Shown here in pieces: positions 1 through 7,308 of a stretch of DNA of 64,000 bases; the first letter of the stretch is position 1, and every line of letters begins with the position of its first letter. The notes beneath the pieces are model-generated. The model worked only from the letters and a program-made list of their open reading frames with translations. It was not told the origin of the DNA and did no database searches. Both the position numbers and the translations under genes were made by a program. The DNA is from a virus: positions 1 through 64,000 of the IMG/VR virus record IMGVR_UViG_3300050020_000030. One strand, given 5' to 3'.

Positions 1-29
1 AGAAATCACCATTTATTTCAACGGTTTAC

Positions 30-58
30 TTGACACGGCTCTTCGCTTGTGATACAAT
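30..58 (+). promoter_or_regulatory. sigma70-type promoter
   Basis: TTGACA(30-35)-N17-TACAAT(53-58), with TGTG before the -10 as in the other promoters of this genome. Confidence 0.75.
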
Positions 59-135
59 GTATTCAGGGTCGAAGAAACCCAATTTCCCAAATAGGGGTAC
101 CGGGATGACCAAATTTAAGGTACCATCCCCCGAAT

Positions 136-203
136 GTAATACACGTAATATGGAATCTCAGGATTAAGACAGTATTAAGACCATATCGGTAATACACGTA
201 ATA
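136..203. repeat. 15-bp direct repeat GTAATACACGTAATA (candidate operator)
   Basis: Identical copies at 136-150 and 189-203, between the promoter and ORF 210. Confidence 0.8.
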
Positions 204-209
204 CAAGGA

Positions 210-992
210 TTGGAATTCATGGCAAAGAGCGAGACAGGATTTATCTACTTTATTCGTACAGAATCTTCGGACAGGGTTAAGATAGGATATACCGAGGGAA
301 GTCCTAAGAGACGGTTGATCGAACTGTGTATAGGTTCTTCAGATAACTTAGTACTTGAGGGTGGTATACCCGACGGAACCTTCGGGCATTCGGAAAGGTC
401 GCTACATAAGTTTTTTGAGGAGTTTCATATAAGAGGAGAGTGGTTCCGAAGGGAAGGAAATCTAGCACTGTTTATTGATAAGTGCGTGGAAGGGGATTTA
501 GTATTAGCAGAAAAGCTATCGACGCCTGTCCCTATTCTAGAGACATTGAACCAAACAAAATTCAGTACTTTAAAATCCTTTAGAATCCCAAATGACCTTG
601 TCGAAAGAATGGAAAGGCAGGTAGAGAACACCGGGGAGACCGCTAGCAAGATTATCGTAGACTCCTTATATCAGTACTTCGATAATTCTGATAAGGAGGG
701 AAGATACGAGGCCCTTAATTCTAAAGCACCTGAGCCTTCACTTACTCTGGAGGGTATCCGGAGCATATTTGAGGAGTATCTATCTCCGAGACAGACCAAG
801 ACAAAGCCTTTTAAGGCTATCCCGGAGATTGGGGTCGTGGAAGATCAGTCTGAATCCGTTCCGGTCAGCATTCCGGCTGGACTAAGAAATATTCAAAGTC
901 AACAACATTCTGCTCGGTGCGCGTGCTTTATCTGTAAGCCGCCCAAGGATGCGGTGGCCGAGCCTAAGAAAAAGAAGTGGGGGAAGAAATGA
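210..992 (+). CDS. GIY-YIG (T5orf172-like) domain fused to a ribbon-helix-helix domain
   Basis: GFIYFI..VKIGYT..RL..L..E..LH..F..RGEWF at the N-terminus; KSFRIPNDLVERME..TASKIIVDSL RHH-like pattern; true start may be ATG 219. Confidence 0.7.
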   Translation: MEFMAKSETGFIYFIRTESSDRVKIGYTEGSPKRRLIELCIGSSDNLVLEGGIPDGTFGHSERSLHKFFEEFHIRGEWFRREGNLALFIDKCVEGDLVLAEKLSTPVPILETLNQTKFSTLKSFRIPNDLVERMERQVENTGETASKIIVDSLYQYFDNSDKEGRYEALNSKAPEPSLTLEGIRSIFEEYLSPRQTKTKPFKAIPEIGVVEDQSESVPVSIPAGLRNIQSQQHSARCACFICKPPKDAVAEPKKKKWGKK

Positions 993-1156
993 CAGAGAAA
1001 AAGTTGACTCTTTTGGAAATCGAGATGTTAGAAGCCCTAATTGAGGTTCTTCACGCATACGCGGATTATGGAAAAGCGGCACTCAGAGATAGCGACGAGT
1101 ATACCTCCCTTACTGCGGTACGTCGGGCTATCCGAAATGCGAGGGGGAAGAAATGA
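989..1156 (+). CDS. small hypothetical protein (55 aa, not in ORF track)
   Basis: ATGA overlaps with both neighbours; MTEKKLTLLE...NARGKK. Confidence 0.6.
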   Translation: MTEKKLTLLEIEMLEALIEVLHAYADYGKAALRDSDEYTSLTAVRRAIRNARGKK

Positions 1157-1509
1157 GCAAGTACCTTATACCTGACGGGATGCTCCAAGCTGGAAGAGGA
1201 GCGTATGACGCCTACGTGACAGCCGAAGAAGGTTCTCTCCGGATTCTAGAAGCTGGGGCAAAATGGTTGTCCGAAAATCCTATCGTGCCTACTCCCGAGC
1301 AGCTTCAAAGCATCGCAGATAAGAATAATCGGGGTAAGAGCTATCCCGAAGCTATTGAGATGTATGTGATCGGATTTCAGAAGATCATGCTCCTTAAGGC
1401 CGAGCCGGAGATGATCGGGGAAGAAACGGTCGGCCAGTTCTGCGCCCGTCATCAAACCATCGGTAAGGCTGTGATCGAAGCTTACCGGAGAGGAAAGGAA
1501 TCCAAATGA
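1153..1509 (+). CDS. hypothetical protein
   Basis: Translationally coupled ORF chain with purine-rich RBS. Confidence 0.65.
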   Translation: MSKYLIPDGMLQAGRGAYDAYVTAEEGSLRILEAGAKWLSENPIVPTPEQLQSIADKNNRGKSYPEAIEMYVIGFQKIMLLKAEPEMIGEETVGQFCARHQTIGKAVIEAYRRGKESK

Positions 1510-1769
1510 AGTATGCACCCGAAGAACACCGGCAGATGCAGGAAGCCCTCCGAATGCACGAAGGGAAGATCGTAGATACCGTCGTCCTAGATGCAGACGG
1601 CGAAGGAACAAAGTTCACCTTCTTTGGCGGGGGAACGTACTGGCATAGGAATGCTTTTACTGAGGCCGAGCAGCGGCTATACCGAGCGGAGGAAATTATC
1701 CGAAATATCCTACACGATGTTTCTGGAAGCTATGTAGCCGCCGAAGAATTTCTAGAGGAGGCTGAGTGA
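1506..1769 (+). CDS. hypothetical protein
   Basis: ATGA coupling, AAGGA RBS. Confidence 0.65.
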   Translation: MKYAPEEHRQMQEALRMHEGKIVDTVVLDADGEGTKFTFFGGGTYWHRNAFTEAEQRLYRAEEIIRNILHDVSGSYVAAEEFLEEAE

Positions 1770-1960
1770 GTATCCAGACCTTTGAATGTCCCAAGTGCGG
1801 GCACCGGCTAGAAAAGATCATCCGGAATTCGGAAAATGCCATTACAGTTACCAGAGTCTATTGTCCGGAATGTATCGCCCGGCTCCAGTTGGAAGAGATG
1901 AAACAAGTTCTGAGTGTCCCATCCCCGGCCATCTGGAATTGTTCTAAGGGGTCTCTATGA
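1766..1960 (+). CDS. small Zn-ribbon protein (FmdB-like)
   Basis: FECPKCGH...YCPEC, GGAGG RBS. Confidence 0.6.
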   Translation: MSIQTFECPKCGHRLEKIIRNSENAITVTRVYCPECIARLQLEEMKQVLSVPSPAIWNCSKGSL

Positions 1961-2142
1961 ATTGCCCCAGATGCTGGACCGATCTCGGTAATGATCCTAA
2001 CCGTCCGCACTATGAGCCGGGGATTGATTATGTTCCTTGCGAACCGTCCCCCGAGGAGCAGGCATTTAAGAGGGAACTGGACTACCGGATGTGGCTAGTT
2101 TCGGAAGCTGTACGGGATATTGAGAGGGGGCTTAAAAAATGA
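1957..2142 (+). CDS. small CxxC protein
   Basis: MNCPRCWTDL; coupled ORF. Confidence 0.6.
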   Translation: MNCPRCWTDLGNDPNRPHYEPGIDYVPCEPSPEEQAFKRELDYRMWLVSEAVRDIERGLKK

Positions 2143-2360
2143 ATTGTCCGGATTGTGGACGGGACCTAGAAAAGATTCCGGAGCAGTACCGGGATTTTGT
2201 ACACTCTATCCCCGGAAAATCGGACTGGTGCTTGCCTCCTGAAAAGTTCTCTCCGGAAGCAGAAGCTGCTCTAGATAAGCAGGCGGAAGCGTTAACAAAA
2301 CAATTTCGTAAGACCCTAGAGGAGGTACTAAATGGTAACATGGTCATATCGTTGGGATGA
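2139..2360 (+). CDS. small CxxC protein, N-terminus similar to ORF 1957
   Basis: MNCPDCGRDL; coupled ORF. Confidence 0.6.
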   Translation: MNCPDCGRDLEKIPEQYRDFVHSIPGKSDWCLPPEKFSPEAEAALDKQAEALTKQFRKTLEEVLNGNMVISLG

Positions 2361-2649
2361 ATCGAAGAAAGGATGGACCCTTCATCGTAGGGTTGACCAG
2401 AAATATCTGGCCCGGACAGGATTTACTTGGCGCGGGCCGAGTTTGTGGTATAATAAACCTATTGGGCCAATCACCCAGTTTAACCACATTCTTAGAGAGA
2501 CGTTGTTGACGAACTACTATTCAAATTCCTTTTTTAGTAAGTCACCGTTTCTTGGCGGGATGAGGATGTGTCTTCCAGTTCATTCGGGAAAGACGATCCA
2601 GTTCTTTACCTACGGCCTGAAGGAGAAAAATGAAACCCACAGTTCCTGA
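2332..2649 (+). CDS. hypothetical protein ending in a major-capsid-derived segment
   Basis: GGAGG RBS; PFLG..LPVHSGKTIQFFTYGL matches capsid exon 1 (15/26 identical). Confidence 0.7.
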   Translation: MVTWSYRWDESKKGWTLHRRVDQKYLARTGFTWRGPSLWYNKPIGPITQFNHILRETLLTNYYSNSFFSKSPFLGGMRMCLPVHSGKTIQFFTYGLKEKNETHSS

Positions 2650-2896
2650 AGTTCTACCGCTTGTCTGGGACCTATATGATAGAAGTCTGGACGGGTGCTG
2701 CCTGCATATCGTTCTGGACGACGGAAACGTAGATGATGCTTCTGTAAAGTTCTGTATGCGATACGCAGAGGAGATGGTCCACTGGGAGTGCCTATGTCTA
2801 GCTGAAACTTTGCTGCACATGAGTAAAACCCAAAGGACTCAGCTATCTAGCCGAGCCTACGAAAGGCAGCATCTGAGATACCACGGAGGAGCCTAA
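2630..2896 (+). CDS. hypothetical phage protein
   Basis: AGGAG RBS; GCCLHIVLDDGNV motif of a common small phage protein family. Confidence 0.7.
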   Translation: MKPTVPEVLPLVWDLYDRSLDGCCLHIVLDDGNVDDASVKFCMRYAEEMVHWECLCLAETLLHMSKTQRTQLSSRAYERQHLRYHGGA

Positions 2897-3339
2897 TGGA
2901 AGAAACACGAAACAGTAAGCACTGGCTGGTAAGCCCACCACCGCCCGGAATCCTGATCTCGGTGTTTGATACTCGGGATAATCGCGGGTGGCGCGTCATG
3001 TATCCGGAAGAAATTTCAGCCCGCCTCCCGGAGTATCTTTACTGGAGGGTCACTGGAGTAGGAGAAGAAATGGATCACCCAGCCGTGCCTAATGCCGCTG
3101 CGTACTATATTCTCAAGGTCAAGGACTACGGGGATGTGGTCTTCTACGGTACTGAAGTTGAGGCGGAAGACCTAAAGATGACTTGGGAACTCCGGAGCAA
3201 GAGTAGCGTCTTCCTCAAGAAGGCTACTAAGAGTGATCCTAAACACAAGAAGCTGGTATCGGACGAGATCGAAGCTATCCGGTTGGATCGGTCGTTTGGA
3301 ATCCAGATTCCCCCGGTTCAGACAGATGGGTGGTTCTAA
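2896..3339 (+). CDS. hypothetical protein
   Basis: GGAGG RBS, TAATG coupling. Confidence 0.7.
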   Translation: MEETRNSKHWLVSPPPPGILISVFDTRDNRGWRVMYPEEISARLPEYLYWRVTGVGEEMDHPAVPNAAAYYILKVKDYGDVVFYGTEVEAEDLKMTWELRSKSSVFLKKATKSDPKHKKLVSDEIEAIRLDRSFGIQIPPVQTDGWF

Positions 3340-3518
3340 TGCTTACTGAGGAAAGACTCAAAGAAATTTTGGATTACAAGGGCCGCAATCTTGGGGTGTT
3401 TCCCAAGTGTTGTCCTTGGTCGATAGCTACCTACAAAGAAATACTGTCTCTTGCCCAAGAGGTCTTCTGCTGGAGAAACATACAGGATTGGGAAGAGAAG
3501 TACGGGGGAACTAAATGA
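3339..3518 (+). CDS. hypothetical protein
   Basis: TAATG coupling suggests a start at 3339 within track ORF 3330. Confidence 0.5.
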   Translation: MLTEERLKEILDYKGRNLGVFPKCCPWSIATYKEILSLAQEVFCWRNIQDWEEKYGGTK

Positions 3519-3694
3519 AATTCGGTAAAAGTTTTCAAGACGGGGTACTAGAGAATCTCCTCTTCCACCAAGAGCAGGACGCCGTGGCCCACAACAAGAA
3601 GTGGGATAGGATAGCTTTCTGGGGATTTATCTTTGCATGGGCTATGCTTTTTGCTGGGGTAATATGGAGCGATCTAGCAAGAGGAGTCTTATGA
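3515..3694 (+). CDS. small membrane protein (59 aa, not in ORF track)
   Basis: ATGA coupling at both ends; hydrophobic IAFWGFIFAWAMLFAGVIW. Confidence 0.6.
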   Translation: MKFGKSFQDGVLENLLFHQEQDAVAHNKKWDRIAFWGFIFAWAMLFAGVIWSDLARGVL

Positions 3695-4023
3695 GTCAGT
3701 TACTGTTTTCTTTAACTTCGAAGGACTTTGTGTTTCAGACTTTTTGTACCGGGGGTAATGGAGGCCAGCATCGTAATGCTAAGCAGAACGGGGTTCGGTG
3801 TATACATCCTCCTTCTGGAGCGAGGGCGGAGCATAGGGACGGTCGGGACCAGCCTAAGAATAGACAGGAGGCATTTCGGAAGTGCTGCGAAACTCCGGAG
3901 TTCAAGGCTTGGCACCGGACGGAAGTTTTTCGGCGTCTTGGCAAGACAAAAGATATAGAACGGATTGTAGATGAGCAGATGGACTCTAAAAACATAAAGG
4001 TGGAATACTATGAGTCTTTATAA
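3691..4023 (+). CDS. RF-1 domain GGQ peptidyl-tRNA hydrolase (ArfB/YaeJ-like)
   Basis: TGGNGGQHRN..GVRCIHPPSG..RDQPKNRQEAF; GAGGAG RBS before ATG 3691; no codon-recognition domain. Confidence 0.85.
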   Translation: MSQLLFSLTSKDFVFQTFCTGGNGGQHRNAKQNGVRCIHPPSGARAEHRDGRDQPKNRQEAFRKCCETPEFKAWHRTEVFRRLGKTKDIERIVDEQMDSKNIKVEYYESL

Positions 4024-4267
4024 AGAAGGCATACACATGATGTTGCCAAGCGAGGACGAGTCTATCCGCAGGCAGGCCGCGCAGTATTTTCACTACATGT
4101 ACGCGGATCAGGAGACTCTTACCTTCGGGCAGGCTATTGAAGCCTTGGTAATCCTCAACAAGGCTCTTACTGAACGGCTCAGAGCGTATGAGAAGGCGGA
4201 ACTAGATCGGGCGATGCTCTCCGTTTCTCCCGTATACATCACGGATGATCCACTCGCAAAAAGATGA
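4010..4267 (+). CDS. hypothetical protein
   Basis: ORF chain; start 4010 or 4037. Confidence 0.55.
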   Translation: MSLYKEGIHMMLPSEDESIRRQAAQYFHYMYADQETLTFGQAIEALVILNKALTERLRAYEKAELDRAMLSVSPVYITDDPLAKR

Positions 4268-4494
4268 ATACTATAAAGCGACGTGTAACTCTAAGGGTTT
4301 GTATGTTTTGCGGGCACCGATGGCGGTACAAGAAATGCCTTCGGGTCCGGTGCCCGGAGTGCCGGAAGAACCAGACTGAAAAAATACAAAAAGTAAAAAA
4401 GATGACACCAGTTCCGGAAACTGGAAACCAGACGCTCGAAAATATTCGAAAAGAATTTCTCCAGAAATACCTTGACAAGGATAAGGACTTGTGA
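4264..4494 (+). CDS. basic Zn-ribbon protein
   Basis: CMFCGHRW...RCPECRK. Confidence 0.55.
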   Translation: MNTIKRRVTLRVCMFCGHRWRYKKCLRVRCPECRKNQTEKIQKVKKMTPVPETGNQTLENIRKEFLQKYLDKDKDL

Positions 4495-4500
4495 TATAAT
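4472..4500 (+). promoter_or_regulatory. sigma70-type promoter
   Basis: TTGACA-N17-TATAAT with TGTGA extension. Confidence 0.8.
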
Positions 4501-4522
4501 GTACTTAGACTGGAAAAAAGGG

Positions 4523-4753
4523 ATGATACTTCTAGTTCTCGGGATGGCTTCTGCACAGAGTTCCTTACCTCCTGAGACCTTTCAGTCTGAACTGTTTTTG
4601 TCCTCGGTACAATGTCATATCAGAGATGGCGTTGTCTATAACTGTAGGTTGAACAAGGATAAGAAGCTAGACGACGCTGTACAAGAGCTATACGATCTAT
4701 ATCAATCGAGTCTAGACTCCGGGGATGGTCCAGACGAAAGTGCGCCCGAATGA
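4523..4753 (+). CDS. small secreted protein, paralog of ORF 35338
   Basis: Hydrophobic leader ending ASA|QSS; C..C..LDD.V pattern shared with 35338; start uncertain. Confidence 0.55.
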   Translation: MILLVLGMASAQSSLPPETFQSELFLSSVQCHIRDGVVYNCRLNKDKKLDDAVQELYDLYQSSLDSGDGPDESAPE

Positions 4754-4965
4754 TTACCTGCCTTGAGTGCCTAACCCGAGAAGCCTGCCCCGGCTACAGC
4801 CACTGTAAGCAGTGTGAGGGCGCGGGTATTACAGGCGTCGTTCGGTTTGATACTACGGCGCTTTCCAGAGGACTTCGGGAGGAGTTTGATAAATTCGATA
4901 AGCGAATCTACGACCTTGAAGTAGCTCTTGGCCTACGTCAAGGCGTGAACAATAACGAGGGATAA
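4750..4965 (+). CDS. small Cys-rich protein
   Basis: CLEC..CKQC, coupled. Confidence 0.55.
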   Translation: MITCLECLTREACPGYSHCKQCEGAGITGVVRFDTTALSRGLREEFDKFDKRIYDLEVALGLRQGVNNNEG

Positions 4966-4974
4966 AAGGAGAAT

Positions 4975-5220
4975 ATGAAATATTCAAGAGAACAATACGA
5001 GCGGGCAGCAAAGTACTATGATACCTATTTCTCTAGGGGTGGTTTTTATTCTGATCCGGATAGGTGGGTAAAACTGTATGAAGAGGTTGGAAACGGGAGA
5101 AGTACTGACACAGAATTACAAGCAAAACTATTCGTAGAAGGTCTATACGGAGGACCTGCTTTCTCTCTTGGACACAGTAACATTGCTCGTACTGCGACTG
5201 GACTGGGGCGGGTTTTATAA
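4975..5220 (+). CDS. hypothetical protein carrying an 11-aa portal-identical peptide
   Basis: AAGGAG RBS; GHSNIARTATG identical to the portal. Confidence 0.7.
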   Translation: MKYSREQYERAAKYYDTYFSRGGFYSDPDRWVKLYEEVGNGRSTDTELQAKLFVEGLYGGPAFSLGHSNIARTATGLGRVL

Positions 5221-5227
5221 TTTCCAA

Positions 5228-5446
5228 ATGAGGGATAAAATGATATCTTGTGTTTTCAACTTTCCCCTACCCGAAACTCAAGAGGCTATCGACTTCTTGG
5301 TCGTTGAGACTCGTCATGCCGTTCAAAAAGCCCAAGTGGACAACCCGGAGCTTCTAAAGCCCGGAGTGTTTTTTGTAACGATCTCCGCAGGAGATGTTGG
5401 TGTAACCACGGAGGAAGATAAATTTGAGTACCACCCGGAGGGATAG
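5228..5446 (+). CDS. hypothetical protein
   Basis: 3' part of track ORF 5168; start uncertain (5228 or 5240). Confidence 0.45.
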   Translation: MRDKMISCVFNFPLPETQEAIDFLVVETRHAVQKAQVDNPELLKPGVFFVTISAGDVGVTTEEDKFEYHPEG

Positions 5447-5826
5447 TGACTCAGGTAAGAGGGTTTAAGCCTTCGGCAAAGTACCAAAGGCTATACAATA
5501 GGTACAACAAATTGTACTTCTCGGGGGAGCTACCACCATGTATAGTGGGTGCTGCGCCTTTGCTAAAGATTGAATACGTCGAGAACAAAGTTTTTGGAAA
5601 GTCTAAAAAAGTGTCAGGAGGGGAATATGCCTTGCTATGCTGGGAAGATGATCAGTCCTATATTATCCTAGATAAAGGAACTACTGTTTTTCATATAGTG
5701 ATCGCAAAGCAGTCGGTTCTTCACGAGCAAATTCATCTATACTTGGGAACACGAGGCCACGGTAAAGAATTCAAGGACCAGATCAGAAGGATCGCTGCTC
5801 TAGGCGCGTTGGATACCCTAATCTAG
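5446..5826 (+). CDS. SprT-like zinc metalloprotease
   Basis: YNKLYFSGELP...VLHEQIH...GHGKEF. Confidence 0.8.
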   Translation: MTQVRGFKPSAKYQRLYNRYNKLYFSGELPPCIVGAAPLLKIEYVENKVFGKSKKVSGGEYALLCWEDDQSYIILDKGTTVFHIVIAKQSVLHEQIHLYLGTRGHGKEFKDQIRRIAALGALDTLI

Positions 5827-5841
5827 AAGGAAAAGGAAACT

Positions 5842-6219
5842 ATGTATACACTCAGTTTGGTACACAATACGGCCTTCCCCGAACCGGGAGAATTTTTCAA
5901 CAACACTAAGAATGGCGGGGTTCTAACAATGTCTCGTCTTCGTCGAGAAGTCTTGCGGGCGAGTGTCGAAGGTCTGGAAACTTTCGAGGATAAAAAGTAT
6001 CGGGGCTGGATTCATCCCTATGTCCTGCACGACGTTCTTAATGATGCCTCCTTTAACGGATTAACAGATATTATAGCACGCGGAGAGAAGAAAGACAAAG
6101 CATTTGTATCAATAACTCTTGCGGGAGTTGAGTTTATTTCAACGACAGACGTTCGGGTCTCTACCTTTATCTTCGGTAAAAACTCTGATCCCCTCGATCT
6201 TAAACTTATCTACATCTAA
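5842..6219 (+). CDS. stand-alone fragment homologous to the major capsid protein (putative A-domain)
   Basis: 25/50 ungapped identity to capsid exon 2, including NDASFNGLTDI; AAGGA RBS. Confidence 0.8.
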   Translation: MYTLSLVHNTAFPEPGEFFNNTKNGGVLTMSRLRREVLRASVEGLETFEDKKYRGWIHPYVLHDVLNDASFNGLTDIIARGEKKDKAFVSITLAGVEFISTTDVRVSTFIFGKNSDPLDLKLIYI

Positions 6220-6279
6220 AGTAACCAAAATATAGGGTACTAAAGATTTATTTGAAATGGTTACTATTCTGGCCGGATT

Positions 6280-6290
6280 TGTGGTATAAT
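6280..6290 (+). promoter_or_regulatory. extended -10 promoter
   Basis: TGTGGTATAAT. Confidence 0.6.
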
Positions 6291-6315
6291 AGTACTAGTG
6301 ACAAAAATGTTTATA

Positions 6316-6620
6316 GGGGGAGAAGCCTCCCGTAGAAGGCTCAAATCCTCCCCCATCGATTTAAGTTACCGGAAATATCCGGCTACCCTGCCTCGGGGGT
6401 TTGTACTGAGGCACTTTTTGATTCAGGTAATACCTGACCACGCGGTTGTTGGAACCGCATCTGAGCAGATGGCGCTGGAGTAACATACTACCCAGGTATC
6501 TGCTCAACAATTTGATTCCGGAAAATGGAATCTGCCAAGCCGCACGTCCGGAGCAACTCCGGGGGATCGGTTGCATTGCAACGGAGGAGGTCGCTCCTCC
6601 TCTATCTCTTTTCGAAAAGG
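6316..6620 (+). ncRNA. candidate structured RNA or long 5' leader
   Basis: About 9-10 consecutive stems, e.g. TGCCTCGG/CTGAGGCA, TCAGG/CCTGA, GCGGTT/AACCGC, TGAGCAGAT/ATCTGCTCA, CCGGAG/CTCCGG, GAGGAG/CTCCTC. Confidence 0.55.
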
Positions 6621-6630
6621 AATAAATCTT

Positions 6631-7266
6631 ATGGCCGGTATTCTCACTTCTCAATCTATCAAGAATCTTCCCACAGTGCTCCTCACTACCGCTACCGAGA
6701 CCGCTGTTCTGGTCCCCGCTTCTGGTCTTTACTCTGGCTACCCTTCGCCCATTATGCCCGCAGGTTCCGGCTTCGTCCTGATCTCCGATCCGGATGCGCA
6801 GTCGAGTAACCCCACGGCGGCTACGCCCACGTATAGCAACGCTTCATTGGATGGTCAGCCTTTCATCCTTCGTGCAGTGTTCAACGTGAATACGGCGGGT
6901 TCATACACCTTCGTTCCCAAGATTTATCAGGTTCCCGCTTCGGTGGTTGTGAATAATGCTTCGAGCACTCTCGGGTCTTCGACGCTGACGAACGATCACC
7001 TGATCGTTACCGGCGCTACCCTGACTATCAGCGGTAAGGGCCAGTACGTTCTGGAAACCCAGCTTCTGTGGGATTCAGTCTCGGGCAAGCTGAACGGCGT
7101 GTTCGATTCGATCACGGATGCTACCTACACGGGTCCTGCTGCTAATACCGCGCAGCTTACCACGGTCGGTGCGCTTGATTTGAATTTTGTGCTGAGTGTT
7201 ACTCTAGGAACGGCTAATGCCGCCAATTCTTATACGCTCAAAGAATTTTCTCTCAACCGCATCTGA
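6631..7266 (+). CDS. putative virion decoration/structural protein, paralog of ORF 27726
   Basis: AAGGA RBS before ATG 6631; S/T/A-rich beta protein; shares ATET, GxPFxxR, GQ.L.T..WDSV, EFS motifs with 27726. Confidence 0.65.
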   Translation: MAGILTSQSIKNLPTVLLTTATETAVLVPASGLYSGYPSPIMPAGSGFVLISDPDAQSSNPTAATPTYSNASLDGQPFILRAVFNVNTAGSYTFVPKIYQVPASVVVNNASSTLGSSTLTNDHLIVTGATLTISGKGQYVLETQLLWDSVSGKLNGVFDSITDATYTGPAANTAQLTTVGALDLNFVLSVTLGTANAANSYTLKEFSLNRI

Positions 7267-7278
7267 TGAACTAACCAC

Positions 7279-7298
7279 GGGCCTACTTCGGTAGGCCC
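7279..7298 (+). other. cUUCGg hairpin without U-tract (mRNA stability or processing element)
   Basis: GGGCCTAC-TTCG-GTAGGCCC. Confidence 0.6.
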
Positions 7299-7308
7299 AG
7301 AGGTCTCT

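Noticed and set aside
3691-4023. Stop-codon reassignment implied by a release-factor-like gene
   Set aside because: Long genes are intact in the standard code and end in TAA, TAG and TGA; the protein lacks a codon-recognition domain.
6298-6809. ORFs 6298, 6361 and 6525, and the 6571 start
   Set aside because: They overlap the hairpin-rich region and lack RBS; the RBS supports a start at 6631.
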